Of a DNA stretch of 64,000 nucleotides, positions 7,813-18,065 are shown one piece after another (position 1 is the first letter of the stretch; every line of letters begins with the position of its first letter). Made by a program: the position numbers and the translations under genes. Origin of the DNA: an uncultured Nitrospiraceae bacterium (lineage in GTDB: Bacteria; Nitrospirota; Thermodesulfovibrionia; Thermodesulfovibrionales; UBA9159); contig CAYYWY010000001.1 in the NCBI GenBank assembly GCA_964475485.1, positions 127,940-191,939 on the forward strand. Direction: 5' to 3'. The notes under the pieces are model-generated. The model had not been told where the DNA came from, did not search any database, and saw only the letters and a program-made list of their open reading frames with translations.

Positions 7813-9876
7813 CTATTTATTGCCGCGCGTCAGGTTCAGATAAGTAAAATACGTTATCAACACTCTCTTAACATAATTCCTGGTCTCGTCATAGGGTATA
7901 TCCTCGATGAACTCGTCAGGGGACTCGTATCTTCCCTCCCTTATCCATTCTCTCACCTTGTCGTGTCCTGCGTTGTAAGCGGCAAGGGCCACGGGCAATG
8001 AGCCGAATTCCTTCAACAGAGAGCTCAGGTAATATGCCCCAATGCTGACGTTTACTTTTATATTATATATCTCAGAGACGTCCCCGATGTCCAGTTTGAG
8101 GTGCCTGTCCAGCGCCAGAGCAGTCTGCGGCATTATCTGCATCAGCCCGAGGGCGCCTGCAACTGAGCGGGCATTCGGGTCAAAGCGGCTTTCCTCCCTA
8201 ATGACCGAAAGAAGGATAAAGGGGTTAAGACCATATTGTGCTGATACCTCGCCCACGGTCTGCCAATAGGCCAGCGGATAGAGGATGTCACTCACGTCAT
8301 GGATTACTTTTTCTTCAGGCAACCTCGACAGAAGGCCTATGGACCTCTTGTATTCGCCGAGTTCCTGGAGTGCGCGGGAAAGGTAGACAAGTACATCGGG
8401 TCTTGAGGCCTTGTTTGCAATGTGGAGGATCTCGGCGACGGCATCGTCCTTCATGTCCATCTCCTTGAGAATCTCGAACCGTTCAATTGAAGGGAGAATA
8501 TCGGAGGGAGGGTCATCGGACAAACCAGAAGAACGCCTGGGCTCACCCCACGCCGCCTGGGTCACGGAGCGACTGTTCAGGTTTTCCAAATCCCACATTA
8601 AGGACAGGAGACTGTAGAAGTCCCTTTTGGAGCCTTTAAGACTCCTCTGCTCATCGGGAGTTCCGTGGAGTGATACATCGTGCCCCATGCACCGGCGGCT
8701 CCAGTAAAGGTATCTAGAATCAGGGTATTTCTTGTTGAGTTCGGTCAGCGCATTCAGTGCCTTCCAGCGATCGCCTTTACGATAGTGAGTCCAGGCCGTT
8801 CCCCACAGGATATCCTCTGCAAGGGACGGGTACTTCGCTCCCACATCGTTGTATATGGCCAGGGCCTCATCCGTCTTGCCTTCCCTGCGCTTCTTGGATG
8901 CGTAGGCGATGAGAAGGGAGCCGGCGCGCTTGTCTCCCATCGCAACGAGTTCTTCAATTGTTTTCATGAACGCGCCGAAGTCCCCCGCCCTGTAAAGGGA
9001 CCGCGCTCCGTTGTACAAATCCCCTGCCTTCAGAAATGCTCCGGCCGCCTCCCTGTACCTCTTCTGCCTGAAGAGGGCGAGGCCGAGGTTCTTCTGCACC
9101 TCCTCATAGAGTGAATCCCCAGCAACGGAAAGGATCTTTCTCAGGATAGTTTCCGCCGTACTGAATTCATATGCCTTCATTAAGTTCAATGCCTTGGCGA
9201 GCATGTCATCAGGCTTTATATCAGAGGGCTTCAGCTCACGGTATGCCGCTTCCGAGAAGGAACTGTTTCCAATATATATCCGGGTGAAAATCTTTTTCGA
9301 GTTGTCGATCTTGCCAACTTTCTTCATCATTCGTGCCATGAAAAAGAGCATCTCCGTATCGTCAGGATAATCGCTCACATAGGATTCCAGATGTTTCATA
9401 ACAACGGCGGCTCCATCGGGAGTGAGGGAATCGGCATAGCCGCCCTGAGCTTTCTGGTTCAGCGGGGTTGTCTCTCTTGAAAGGACAAGGTTGCGAAGGC
9501 GAAGCGTCCTGGCCTTCTTCTTCAGGGATGAATCAGGATATTCCTTCAGGAGTTGATCGATACAGCGTTCGGAGTCGTCGAACCTCCCCATCCTGTTATG
9601 AGCCTTTGCCATGAAAAGGAGTGTATAGTCGCCGATGACTGGGAGTTCCCCATAGGCTGTCCTGAATGCCGCGATAGATTCGTCGTACCTTCCTCTTTCG
9701 AATAGCTCTCTGCCATATCTGAAGTTCTTATGGAGCCCCGAAGTCCCAGGACCGTTTATACCTGCATAGGATAGAGCGGAAAACAGCATGACGCACAGAA
9801 GCGTGAAGAGAGCGACTGAAAGAGGACGAAGGGGACGGGCGGAATTATCTGTTTTCTGAAGACCGAACTCTCTCAT
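7813..9876 (-). CDS. slt: Soluble lytic murein transglycosylase (Slt70-like) with TPR-like N-domain
   Basis: Signal/TM at the N-terminus, a long helical-repeat region, and a C-terminal SLT catalytic signature (REESRFDPNARSVAGALGLMQIMPQTA...AYNAG). Confidence 0.85.
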   Translation of the reverse strand: MREFGLQKTDNSARPLRPLSVALFTLLCVMLFSALSYAGINGPGTSGLHKNFRYGRELFERGRYDESIAAFRTAYGELPVIGDYTLLFMAKAHNRMGRFDDSERCIDQLLKEYPDSSLKKKARTLRLRNLVLSRETTPLNQKAQGGYADSLTPDGAAVVMKHLESYVSDYPDDTEMLFFMARMMKKVGKIDNSKKIFTRIYIGNSSFSEAAYRELKPSDIKPDDMLAKALNLMKAYEFSTAETILRKILSVAGDSLYEEVQKNLGLALFRQKRYREAAGAFLKAGDLYNGARSLYRAGDFGAFMKTIEELVAMGDKRAGSLLIAYASKKRREGKTDEALAIYNDVGAKYPSLAEDILWGTAWTHYRKGDRWKALNALTELNKKYPDSRYLYWSRRCMGHDVSLHGTPDEQRSLKGSKRDFYSLLSLMWDLENLNSRSVTQAAWGEPRRSSGLSDDPPSDILPSIERFEILKEMDMKDDAVAEILHIANKASRPDVLVYLSRALQELGEYKRSIGLLSRLPEEKVIHDVSDILYPLAYWQTVGEVSAQYGLNPFILLSVIREESRFDPNARSVAGALGLMQIMPQTALALDRHLKLDIGDVSEIYNIKVNVSIGAYYLSSLLKEFGSLPVALAAYNAGHDKVREWIREGRYESPDEFIEDIPYDETRNYVKRVLITYFTYLNLTRGNK

Positions 9877-10005
9877 TGTGTGGCAGTGCCTGTAACCTTC
9901 GTTTTAAACCGGCTTACGTAAGAAATATTGTTTAATTATATCAGTAATATTCCGGGGATTCAATAGAAATAGATGTTCACCTGCCGACATAATGACGGGG
10001 CCTGT

Positions 10006-10035
10006 TTGACGCCTGTGCAACCGAATATTTATAAT
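10006..10035 (+). promoter_or_regulatory. Sigma70-like promoter of fdhD (TTGACG-18 nt-TATAAT)
   Basis: -35 TTGACG at 10006-10011 and -10 TATAAT at 10030-10035. Only 5 nt separate the -10 box from ATG 10041, and no SD is present. Confidence 0.55.
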
Positions 10036-10040
10036 CCATT

Positions 10041-10799
10041 ATGGACAGGACTGTCAGAAGAAAAATCTGCAAGCACGTGGACGGCTCGTTTGAATGCGTA
10101 GAGGATCTTGTCGCCGTCGAGAAGAAGGTGAGGATTTCCGTGAACGGCGCCGAGATAGTCGGTCTTTACTGCACACCTTACATGGTGAGGGAACTGGTCG
10201 TGGGCCTTATGATGACCGAAGGGGTCATCAGAGGAAACTGGTGCGCCGACAGAATGAGCATCGAGTATGGAGATGATATACGGGTGGATATCCCTGCCGA
10301 AGGAGAGATCGTTACGGAAGGAAAGACCATCACTTCGGGATGTGTGGGGGGAGTCACCTTCGAAGAGAAGACCCATACGGAACCGGTCGAGGACCCGTTT
10401 GCCGTGGACAAGGAGAGCCTAAGGTGCATTTTCAGGGATTTCCAGGCGAGGTCTGAGCTTTACAAGCTCACGGGCTGCATCCATAGCGCCGCGCTTTCGG
10501 ATGGAAAGGCGATCATCTGCTTTGCGGAAGACATCGGAAGGCATAACGCGGTTGACAAGGTGATCGGCTACGCCCTGCTTGAGAATATCCCGTTCTCCGG
10601 AAAAATCATGCTCGCCAGCGGAAGGATATCCTCGGAGATCTCCTCAAAATGTTCCAGGTGGGGTATTCCTATTCTTGCAACCCGCACGGCCCCCACGAAC
10701 CTTGCCGTGGAGATCGCTGAAAAAAGAGGCGTCACCGTGGTCGGATTCGTCAGGGGGGGCCGTTTCAATGTCTATACGCACCCTGAGAGGATAAGGTAG
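10041..10799 (+). CDS. fdhD: Formate dehydrogenase accessory sulfurtransferase FdhD
   Basis: SGCVGG active-site loop, HSAAL, and the EDIGRHNAVDKVIGY motif. Size is 252 aa. Confidence 0.85.
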   Translation: MDRTVRRKICKHVDGSFECVEDLVAVEKKVRISVNGAEIVGLYCTPYMVRELVVGLMMTEGVIRGNWCADRMSIEYGDDIRVDIPAEGEIVTEGKTITSGCVGGVTFEEKTHTEPVEDPFAVDKESLRCIFRDFQARSELYKLTGCIHSAALSDGKAIICFAEDIGRHNAVDKVIGYALLENIPFSGKIMLASGRISSEISSKCSRWGIPILATRTAPTNLAVEIAEKRGVTVVGFVRGGRFNVYTHPERIR

Positions 10800-10805
10800 A
10801 AAGGC

Positions 10806-12170
10806 CTACTTTATTCCGTACTTCTGAAGCCTGTGGCGGAAGGACCGGAACGAGAGGTTAAGGAGTTTTGCAGCATCAGTCTTTACCCAGTTTGAAAGGT
10901 TAAGGGCCTCCAGCAGATACCTTTTTTCTATATCCTCCACTATGGCGTCGAGATGAATCCCTTCATTTGTCATGAGGGGTAAAACCTGATTGCCAGAGGG
11001 AACCGCCCCGACCTCAGGAGGGATGTCGGAGGCTGTGATCTCCTCCTTGTCCGTGATAAGGAGCAGTCTTTCGATGAGATTTTCCAGCTCTCTGATATTC
11101 CCCTTCCACGGATAATGGATGAGGACCTTCAGAGCGTCGGGCGATATCTTCCTGGGGGTTTTCGAGAATTTGCTGATGAAATGCTCTACCAGCAGGGGGA
11201 TGTCCTCTTTCCTCTCCCTCAGAGGAGGGATGTGCAGGGGGATTACGTTCAGCCTGTAGAAGAGGTCCTCGCGGAACCGGTGCGCATCGATCTCTTCGGA
11301 AAGGTTCTTGTTCGTTGCAGACACGATCCTCACGTCCACCTTTATGTCGCTTGTGCCCCCCACCCTTCTGAAAGTGCCGTTCTCCAGCACCCTGAGGAGC
11401 TTGGCCTGGAGGCTCGCAGGCATTTCACCAATCTCGTCCAGGAACATCGTTCCGCCGTCGGCTATCTCGAAGAGCCCCTGCTTGTTGTGGACCGCACCGG
11501 TGAACGCGCCCCTCATGTGGCCGAAGAGTTCACTTTCCAGGAGGCCTTCCGGGAAAGTCGCGCAGTTTACGGCAACGAGGTTTCTCTCTTTCCGGGGGCT
11601 GAGATTATGTATGGCAGTGGCGACGAACTCCTTTCCTGTTCCGCTTTCCCCTGTGATGAGGATATTGGAATTGCCCTGGGCGATCTTCGGCAGGAGCCTC
11701 AGCAGTTCCTGCATCTTTGAGCTCTTGTAAAAGATGTTGCCCAGTTCGTAGGTAGTGCGTATCTTGTCCCTCAGGATCGAAACCTCCCCCATGAGCTTCC
11801 TCTTCTCAAGGGCGTTCTTCACCACAAGCCGTATTTCATCGATCTTGAACGGCTTATGAATATAGTCATACGCGCCGAACTTCATGGCTTCGACGGCTGA
11901 CTCTGTGGTGCCGAAGGCGGTGATCATGATCACAAGGGTTTCAGGGGAAACCTCCTGAGCCTTTTTCAGGATATGGAACCCATCGACTCCGGGCATTTTT
12001 ATGTCAGTGATAACGAGGTCGAAGATATCCCTGTTCAGCCAGTCGAGACCTTCGTTGCCGTCCCCCGCAACAGACACATCGTACCCTTCTTCCTCAAGGA
12101 GCATCTTCAGTATCTCCCTCATGTTCTTTTCGTCTTCGATGACAAGTATCTTGCTCTTATGCTCTTCCAT
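10806..12170 (-). CDS. pilR: Sigma54-dependent response regulator (NtrC family, PilR-like)
   Basis: REC domain (DIKMPGVDG), AAA+ sigma54-interaction domain (GESGTGKE, GAFTGA), and a C-terminal Fis-type HTH. Positioned after pilS as in pilBTCSR clusters. Confidence 0.8.
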   Translation of the reverse strand: MEEHKSKILVIEDEKNMREILKMLLEEEGYDVSVAGDGNEGLDWLNRDIFDLVITDIKMPGVDGFHILKKAQEVSPETLVIMITAFGTTESAVEAMKFGAYDYIHKPFKIDEIRLVVKNALEKRKLMGEVSILRDKIRTTYELGNIFYKSSKMQELLRLLPKIAQGNSNILITGESGTGKEFVATAIHNLSPRKERNLVAVNCATFPEGLLESELFGHMRGAFTGAVHNKQGLFEIADGGTMFLDEIGEMPASLQAKLLRVLENGTFRRVGGTSDIKVDVRIVSATNKNLSEEIDAHRFREDLFYRLNVIPLHIPPLRERKEDIPLLVEHFISKFSKTPRKISPDALKVLIHYPWKGNIRELENLIERLLLITDKEEITASDIPPEVGAVPSGNQVLPLMTNEGIHLDAIVEDIEKRYLLEALNLSNWVKTDAAKLLNLSFRSFRHRLQKYGIK

Positions 12171-12179
12171 CCTCTTCTC

Positions 12180-13823
12180 TCACTTACGGCCGGCCCCGGA
12201 TGGTTGTCCCCCGAGAGGCAAACCTTTTTCGGGCAAGTTGACGGGGGTAACAGGAATGGCCACCTCGAAGGTCGTTCCGTGACCCGGAGTGCTTTTCACG
12301 GTGATCCTTCCGTTATGCTCCTCAATGATCCTATATGCGATGGAGAGGCCGAGGCCGGTGCCCCTATCCTTCGTTGTGAAGAAAGGATAGAAGATATCCT
12401 TGATACTTTCCTGGGGGATGCCGACACCCGAGTCACTGACCGAAACTACGACCATATTGTTCAGGTCCCTTGTGCTAATGATGAGTTCGCCCCCGTTGTG
12501 CATCGATTCTATGGCGTTCATGCCGAGGTTCAAGAAGACCTGACGCAACTTCTGCGGGTCTGCAACGATCTCGCGCCGGCCCTGAAACCTCTTTCTTATG
12601 GTAATCATGTCCGTATTCATCGTTGCGTTCCTGATGAGCTCCACGGTCTCATCCAGCATAGTGTTGAGGTCGAACCTGAAGAATTCCGGATCCCTGGGCC
12701 GCGAGTAAGTGAGGAAATCTGTTATGATCTTGTTCAGCCGGTCCATCTCGCTCAGGGCTATGTTCATCAGTTTCTCGCCGTGGTCTTTAGTGAGAGTTCT
12801 TTCCTTGAGCATCTCGATGGAGCCCTTCAAAGACGCGAGAGGATTTCGTATCTCATGCGCCATATTTGCGGAGAGTTCTCCGATAGCCGCGAGTGTCTCT
12901 TTGTGTTTCAGCTCTGCTTCGAGGTTCTTGAGTTCAGTGATATCCTGGAAGATGCAGATATATCCTGTCTTCTGTCCGCTGCTGTCCGTGGATCCGGAAA
13001 TAGTGAGGCCAATGGTTCGTTCTCCGCCGTTGAAGACGACCACCCCCTCCGCTCTCTGGGTCTCCACGGGGTTCGTTATAAAAGGGAAGATCTCCATTAT
13101 GTTCTTCCGCGCGGCCGTGGAGCGCGGAATGCCGGTGATGTTTTCCGCAGCCTTGTTGAATATCTGTACCCTGCCGGAGAGGTCCGTTGTCAACAGACCG
13201 CTGGGCAGGCCCTCTATGAGTTCCCTGTTGAAGAAGGCGAGGTCCTTGAGGTCAGAGTCCTTTTCCGCGAGCCTTCTCGAGGTCTTTTCGAGCCTTGAGG
13301 ACATGTATCCGGCCAGATATGCAGTGAGGTATAACGAGGTGATGTGGGAGAAGATGTTGTAGAGAAAGTCTCTCTCCTTTGCCGACGGGTCGTACGCCAG
13401 GGGGATGACCCTGTAAAACTGGAGATCTATCATGGTCCCGTAAAGGATACCGCATATCGTCGCCGTGATATACCCAGCCTTCTTGTTCATCGTGATGGCA
13501 GAGGCGATAACTACCAGAAGCATCACAAAGGAAAACCAGCTCTCGATGCCGCCTGTGACGAAGATAAGGGCTATGGCAGACAGGGAATCCAGTGAGAGCT
13601 GAAGATATGCAAAGGCAGGGAGGTTCTTTACCCTCGGAAGGAGTACGGCGTAGGCGACTGAGAGTGCATAGAGCGGGACGATAATATAGAGGATTGCCCG
13701 CGGATAGGGAAACCTGTAGAAGCCTATCTCGAAGATGAGGAATGTCCCGAGGAGAATGGTTACGAAAAAGGCCCTGAAAAGGATCAGGGCCTTTAACCGC
13801 TTGAAAAGGGCGTCATCGCGCAT
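12180..13823 (-). CDS. pilS: Membrane sensor histidine kinase (PilS-like)
   Basis: Multi-TM N-terminus, a PAS-like segment, H-box HEIRNPL, and HATPase_c motifs (DSGVGI, GTGLGLSIA). Confidence 0.75.
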   Translation of the reverse strand: MRDDALFKRLKALILFRAFFVTILLGTFLIFEIGFYRFPYPRAILYIIVPLYALSVAYAVLLPRVKNLPAFAYLQLSLDSLSAIALIFVTGGIESWFSFVMLLVVIASAITMNKKAGYITATICGILYGTMIDLQFYRVIPLAYDPSAKERDFLYNIFSHITSLYLTAYLAGYMSSRLEKTSRRLAEKDSDLKDLAFFNRELIEGLPSGLLTTDLSGRVQIFNKAAENITGIPRSTAARKNIMEIFPFITNPVETQRAEGVVVFNGGERTIGLTISGSTDSSGQKTGYICIFQDITELKNLEAELKHKETLAAIGELSANMAHEIRNPLASLKGSIEMLKERTLTKDHGEKLMNIALSEMDRLNKIITDFLTYSRPRDPEFFRFDLNTMLDETVELIRNATMNTDMITIRKRFQGRREIVADPQKLRQVFLNLGMNAIESMHNGGELIISTRDLNNMVVVSVSDSGVGIPQESIKDIFYPFFTTKDRGTGLGLSIAYRIIEEHNGRITVKSTPGHGTTFEVAIPVTPVNLPEKGLPLGGQPSGAGRK

Positions 13824-13826
13824 GGA

Positions 13827-15035
13827 CTACTTTATGAGGGTAATCAGCTTGAATATGGGGAGATACATCGCTATGACGATAAAGCCCACCGTGGTTCCGA
13901 GAAAGACCATGAGCAGCGGCTCCATCATGGCTGTCAGGTTCGACACGGCATTGTCCACCTCATCGTCATAAAAATCGGCGATCTTGCTGAGCATCGCATC
14001 CAGCGCTCCGGTCGATTCTCCCACGGCAATCATATGGGTCACCATCGGAGGAAACACCTTCGCCTTTGAAAGGGGCTCTTCCAGGGTTTTACCCTCTGAA
14101 ACCGCCTTTCTCACATCCAGGACCGAGTATTCAATGACCTTGTTACCAGCGGTCTTCGCGGTGATCTCGAGACCGTCCAGTATCGGAACACCGCTGCTTA
14201 TGAGGGTGCCAAGGGTGCGCGTGAATTTCGCCACCGCAACTTTTCTAAGAAGGATACCGAATATCGGCAGTTTCAGTAGTATGGCATCAATCACTTTCTT
14301 CCCCTTTTCGGTTCTCCTCACTTGGCTTATTGCAACAACGAACCCGACTATCGTCGCAGCAACCAGCAGGCCGCCTGTGCCGGCGATAAAATTACTCATG
14401 TTGATGACCAGCCGTGTCGGTGCGGGAAGGGTGCCGCCAAGTGTTGCGAACATCTTGGAAAAAGTGGGAACAACGAAGATCATGATGACCGCAATGACGA
14501 GCACCGCGATAGTTGTGACAACGGCAGGATATATCATGGCGCCTTTCACTTTTTTCTTGAGCTTCATGGCCTTTTCGATGTAAGCAGCCAGCCTGTTCAA
14601 TATCGTGTCGAGGATACCGCCAGCCTCACCGGCTGCGACCATGTTCACATAGAGTTCCGAGAATACCTTCGGATGTTTCTTAAGGGCGTCGGCATACGTG
14701 GAGCCCGATTCCACGTCCGACTTGATGACCTGAAGCGTCTTCGCGAGACTCTTGTTTTCGACCTGTTCGGAGAGAATGTCAAGCCCCTGCACAAGGGGGA
14801 GCCCGGCATCGATCATTGTGGAGAACTGCCGCGTGAACACCACGATGTCTTTATCCTTGACCCTGGCCCCCAGACCGAATGGCTTCTTCCGGGCCGCCTT
14901 TTCAGTTACGATTGTGGCGGTGATATTCTTTCTTCTAAGCTGTGCAATAACGTCTTCCCGCGAGGCGGCAGCCATCTCCCCTGATTCGATAGTGCCCCGC
15001 GCGCTTTTTCCTGACCACTGAAACGTTGTAGCCAT
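13827..15035 (-). CDS. pilC: Type IV pilus inner-membrane platform protein PilC (T2SS F family)
   Basis: 402 aa with two T2SSF repeats and three TM segments. Lies between pilT and pilS. Confidence 0.85.
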   Translation of the reverse strand: MATTFQWSGKSARGTIESGEMAAASREDVIAQLRRKNITATIVTEKAARKKPFGLGARVKDKDIVVFTRQFSTMIDAGLPLVQGLDILSEQVENKSLAKTLQVIKSDVESGSTYADALKKHPKVFSELYVNMVAAGEAGGILDTILNRLAAYIEKAMKLKKKVKGAMIYPAVVTTIAVLVIAVIMIFVVPTFSKMFATLGGTLPAPTRLVINMSNFIAGTGGLLVAATIVGFVVAISQVRRTEKGKKVIDAILLKLPIFGILLRKVAVAKFTRTLGTLISSGVPILDGLEITAKTAGNKVIEYSVLDVRKAVSEGKTLEEPLSKAKVFPPMVTHMIAVGESTGALDAMLSKIADFYDDEVDNAVSNLTAMMEPLLMVFLGTTVGFIVIAMYLPIFKLITLIK

Positions 15036-15038
15036 TTC

Positions 15039-16127
15039 TTAACCCCTCCCTCTTGCTGTGCTGGACACCCTCTGGATCATGGTGAGGAGTTCCTCGGGTA
15101 CTTGTGAACGGCCCATCGCCTCTTCATAAGAAATCAGCCCTTTCGTATAAAGCTCGAATAAGGATTGGTTCATGGTCTGCATCCCGGATCTAGACTGACC
15201 GGTCTGCATTTGTGAATATATCTGGTGCACCTTGTCTTCCCTTATCAGGTTCCTGATGGCCGGGTTCGGTACAAGGATCTCAACGGCCATTACCCTTCCA
15301 TGACCGGATTTCTTGGGGAGGAGCTGCTGGGAAAGGATGCCTTCGAGGACGAAGGAGAGCTGGACCCTTATCTGCTCCTGCTGATGGGAAGGAAATACGT
15401 CGATGATCCGGTTGATGGTCTGGACAGCAGAATTCGTGTGCAGCGTTGCCAGGGTCAGATGACCTGTTTCGGAGACGGTCAGGGCCGCCTCAATCGTTTC
15501 GAGATCGCGCATCTCGCCGATGAGCACAACGTCCGGGTCCTGCCTGAGGACATACTTAAGGGCCGCCTTGAAAGAGACGGTGTCCGCGTTCACCTCTCTC
15601 TGGTTTATAAGGCATTTCTTGTGGCCATGGAGATATTCGATAGGGTCCTCTATCGTGATGATATGATCATGCCTCTCGTCGTTTATACGGTCGATCATGG
15701 CGGCGAGCGTTGTGGATTTCCCGCTCCCTGTCGGGCCGGTCACGAGTATCAGGCCGCGCGGCTTCTTCACAAGGTCGTTTATTATCTCGGGTAATCCGAG
15801 TTCGTTGAACGTCCTTATGTTAAACGGGATGGTCCTGAAAGCTCCCGCGACTGCGCCGCGCTGCATGAAGATGTTCGCCCTGAACCTGCTGAGACCCTTT
15901 ATGCCGAATGAAAGGTCGAGCTCGTTGTTCTCTTCGAACCGGTGTTTTTGTGCATCGGTGAGAATGCTGTAGCAGAGCGCCTTTGTATCGGCAGGAGTCA
16001 GGGGGGGATGGTCCATGCCGAGGAGTTTTCCGTCGACCCTGAGTCTCGGCGGTGTCCCTGTAGTGATATGGAGGTCGGATGCTCCGCTGTCAATCATTTG
16101 CTTCAACAGATCGTATAAGGTTGCCAT
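15039..16127 (-). CDS. pilT: Twitching motility retraction ATPase PilT
   Basis: Walker A GPTGSGKSTT and the PilT signature AIRNLIRE. Size is 362 aa. Confidence 0.9.
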   Translation of the reverse strand: MATLYDLLKQMIDSGASDLHITTGTPPRLRVDGKLLGMDHPPLTPADTKALCYSILTDAQKHRFEENNELDLSFGIKGLSRFRANIFMQRGAVAGAFRTIPFNIRTFNELGLPEIINDLVKKPRGLILVTGPTGSGKSTTLAAMIDRINDERHDHIITIEDPIEYLHGHKKCLINQREVNADTVSFKAALKYVLRQDPDVVLIGEMRDLETIEAALTVSETGHLTLATLHTNSAVQTINRIIDVFPSHQQEQIRVQLSFVLEGILSQQLLPKKSGHGRVMAVEILVPNPAIRNLIREDKVHQIYSQMQTGQSRSGMQTMNQSLFELYTKGLISYEEAMGRSQVPEELLTMIQRVSSTARGRG

Positions 16128-16136
16128 TTATCTCCC

Positions 16137-17948
16137 TCAATCTCCGAAAGTTACTCTCAACACCTCTTCAATAGATGTAATGCCTTCCTTAACCTTTCCA
16201 AGGCCGCTCATCCTCAGGGTCTTCATCCCCATCCGGATGGCCGCCTTCTTTATCTCATTGGCGGACGCGCCTTCGAGGATCAGCTCCCTGATCTCGTCAC
16301 CGATGGGCATCACTTCGTAAAGGGCTATTCTCCCTTTATATCCTGAATTGTTGCAGGTGGAACAGCCTTTGCCCCTGAAGCACTTAACGGTCTTTGCCTC
16401 ATCCTCGGAGTAACCGACCTTGATCAGGGCCTGAAGTGGAACCTTTTCTTCATCCTTGCACTGCTGGCATATCTTTCGTGCAAGCCTCTGGGCAAGGATG
16501 AGTATGACCGAGGAGGAAACAAGAAAAGGCTCGATACCCATGTTCAGCAACCTGCTGATCGTGCTCGGCGCGTCGTTCGTATGGAGGGTGCTCAGGACCA
16601 GGTGACCGGTAAGCGCGGCCTTAACAGCGATCTCGGCTGTCTCAAAGTCTCTTATCTCCCCCACCATGATGATGTCGGGGTCCTGCCTAAGGAAAGACCT
16701 CAGAGAGGATGCAAATGTCAGACCGATCTCCTCTTTCACTTGCACCTGGTTTATTCCCATGAAGTTATATTCCACAGGGTCTTCCGCTGTCATGATATTT
16801 ATCCCTGGCTTGTTAAGATGGTTCAACGCGGAATAAAGAGTTGTCGTCTTGCCGCTCCCCGTCGGACCGGTTACGAGAACCATCCCGTACGGCTTCTCGA
16901 TGGCCTCCATAAAATCATCAAGTTGTTTCTTTTCGAATCCCAGTCTTGTGAGGTCAATCTGGAGGTTTGATTTATCGAGGATCCTGAGAACCGTTTTTTC
17001 TCCAAAGAGGGTGGGCAGAGTAGAGACGCGGAAATCTATCTCTCTTTTCTTCCCGAGTTTCAGTTTTATTCTTCCGTCCTGGGGGAGCCTTCTTTCGGCT
17101 ATGTCAAGTCTAGACATTATCTTTACCCTGGAGGTAAGCGCCGCCCTGATCTTTGTAGGAAGGGTCATTACGGTGTACATGACGCCGTCAACCCTGTACC
17201 TCACCCTTAGAGAGCCTTCGTAAGGCTCCAGGTGGATATCGCTCGCACCCGCCTTTATCGCATTCACGAATATTCCGTTTACCAGTTTCACAATCGGCGC
17301 TTCAACTTCCTTTATGACTTCTGCGTCTTCCTTTTCTTCCACTATGTCGACGCCGTCTAGGGCGCTGCCCACGATCTTGTCGAATTCCTCGACTTCCACG
17401 GTAGGGGTCTCTTCGCCGGACATTAAGCCGCTATCGCCCAGATCGTCCTCGGAAAGGGTGTAATCCTTGAGCTGAATCTGCTGGCCTCCTGCGGGCTTCT
17501 TGGTTGCCACGAGGCCGTCTCCGCCCTTTGAATAGTTATTAGCGATGGCGTTTAATATTGCAGACTCGGCGGCCACAACCACCTCGACGTTGTAGCCGGT
17601 CATGAATTTGACATCGTCAATCGCAAATACATTCGACGGATCAGCCATGGCGATGGTGAGGGTAGCGCCGACTCTCGCTACAGGCATAATGAGATACTTT
17701 CTTGCCATCTCAAGGGGGATGAGCTTCACCACCGCTGGGTCGATCGTATATTCTGAAAGGTTAATAGCCGGGACGCCGAATTGCCTTGAAAGGAAGGAGA
17801 CGAGCTTATCCTCTGTTATATATCCCAGTTTAGCAAGGTTCGTACCGAGCCTTCCGCCTTCCTTCTTTTGGAGATTTAGTGCCTGTTTGAGCTGTTCCTC
17901 GGAGATGATATTGGAGGAAATAAGTATCTGCCCGAGCTTAGCCGCCAT
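16137..17948 (-). CDS. pilB: Type IV pilus assembly ATPase PilB (GspE family)
   Basis: T2SSE N-terminal domain, Walker A GPTGSGKTTT, and a tetracysteine motif (CQQC...CSTC). Confidence 0.9.
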   Translation of the reverse strand: MAAKLGQILISSNIISEEQLKQALNLQKKEGGRLGTNLAKLGYITEDKLVSFLSRQFGVPAINLSEYTIDPAVVKLIPLEMARKYLIMPVARVGATLTIAMADPSNVFAIDDVKFMTGYNVEVVVAAESAILNAIANNYSKGGDGLVATKKPAGGQQIQLKDYTLSEDDLGDSGLMSGEETPTVEVEEFDKIVGSALDGVDIVEEKEDAEVIKEVEAPIVKLVNGIFVNAIKAGASDIHLEPYEGSLRVRYRVDGVMYTVMTLPTKIRAALTSRVKIMSRLDIAERRLPQDGRIKLKLGKKREIDFRVSTLPTLFGEKTVLRILDKSNLQIDLTRLGFEKKQLDDFMEAIEKPYGMVLVTGPTGSGKTTTLYSALNHLNKPGINIMTAEDPVEYNFMGINQVQVKEEIGLTFASSLRSFLRQDPDIIMVGEIRDFETAEIAVKAALTGHLVLSTLHTNDAPSTISRLLNMGIEPFLVSSSVILILAQRLARKICQQCKDEEKVPLQALIKVGYSEDEAKTVKCFRGKGCSTCNNSGYKGRIALYEVMPIGDEIRELILEGASANEIKKAAIRMGMKTLRMSGLGKVKEGITSIEEVLRVTFGD

Positions 17949-17957
17949 ATAAACTAA

Positions 17958-17984
17958 AATATATCAAAATCACTTGAAAGTCAA
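17958..17984 (-). promoter_or_regulatory. Possible pilB promoter (TTGACT-15 nt-TGaTATATT)
   Basis: Minus strand: -35 TTGACT at 17979-17984 and an extended -10 TGATATATT at 17958-17966. The 15-nt spacer is suboptimal. The -10 ends 9 nt before ATG 17948 and there is no SD. Confidence 0.35.
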
Positions 17985-18065
17985 CAGTCTAACTCAGCGA
18001 TGTCTTGTAATTTTTTCTACCGCTGAAACAGAACAAGAGGTATGGACATGCGCAAAGATACTGTG

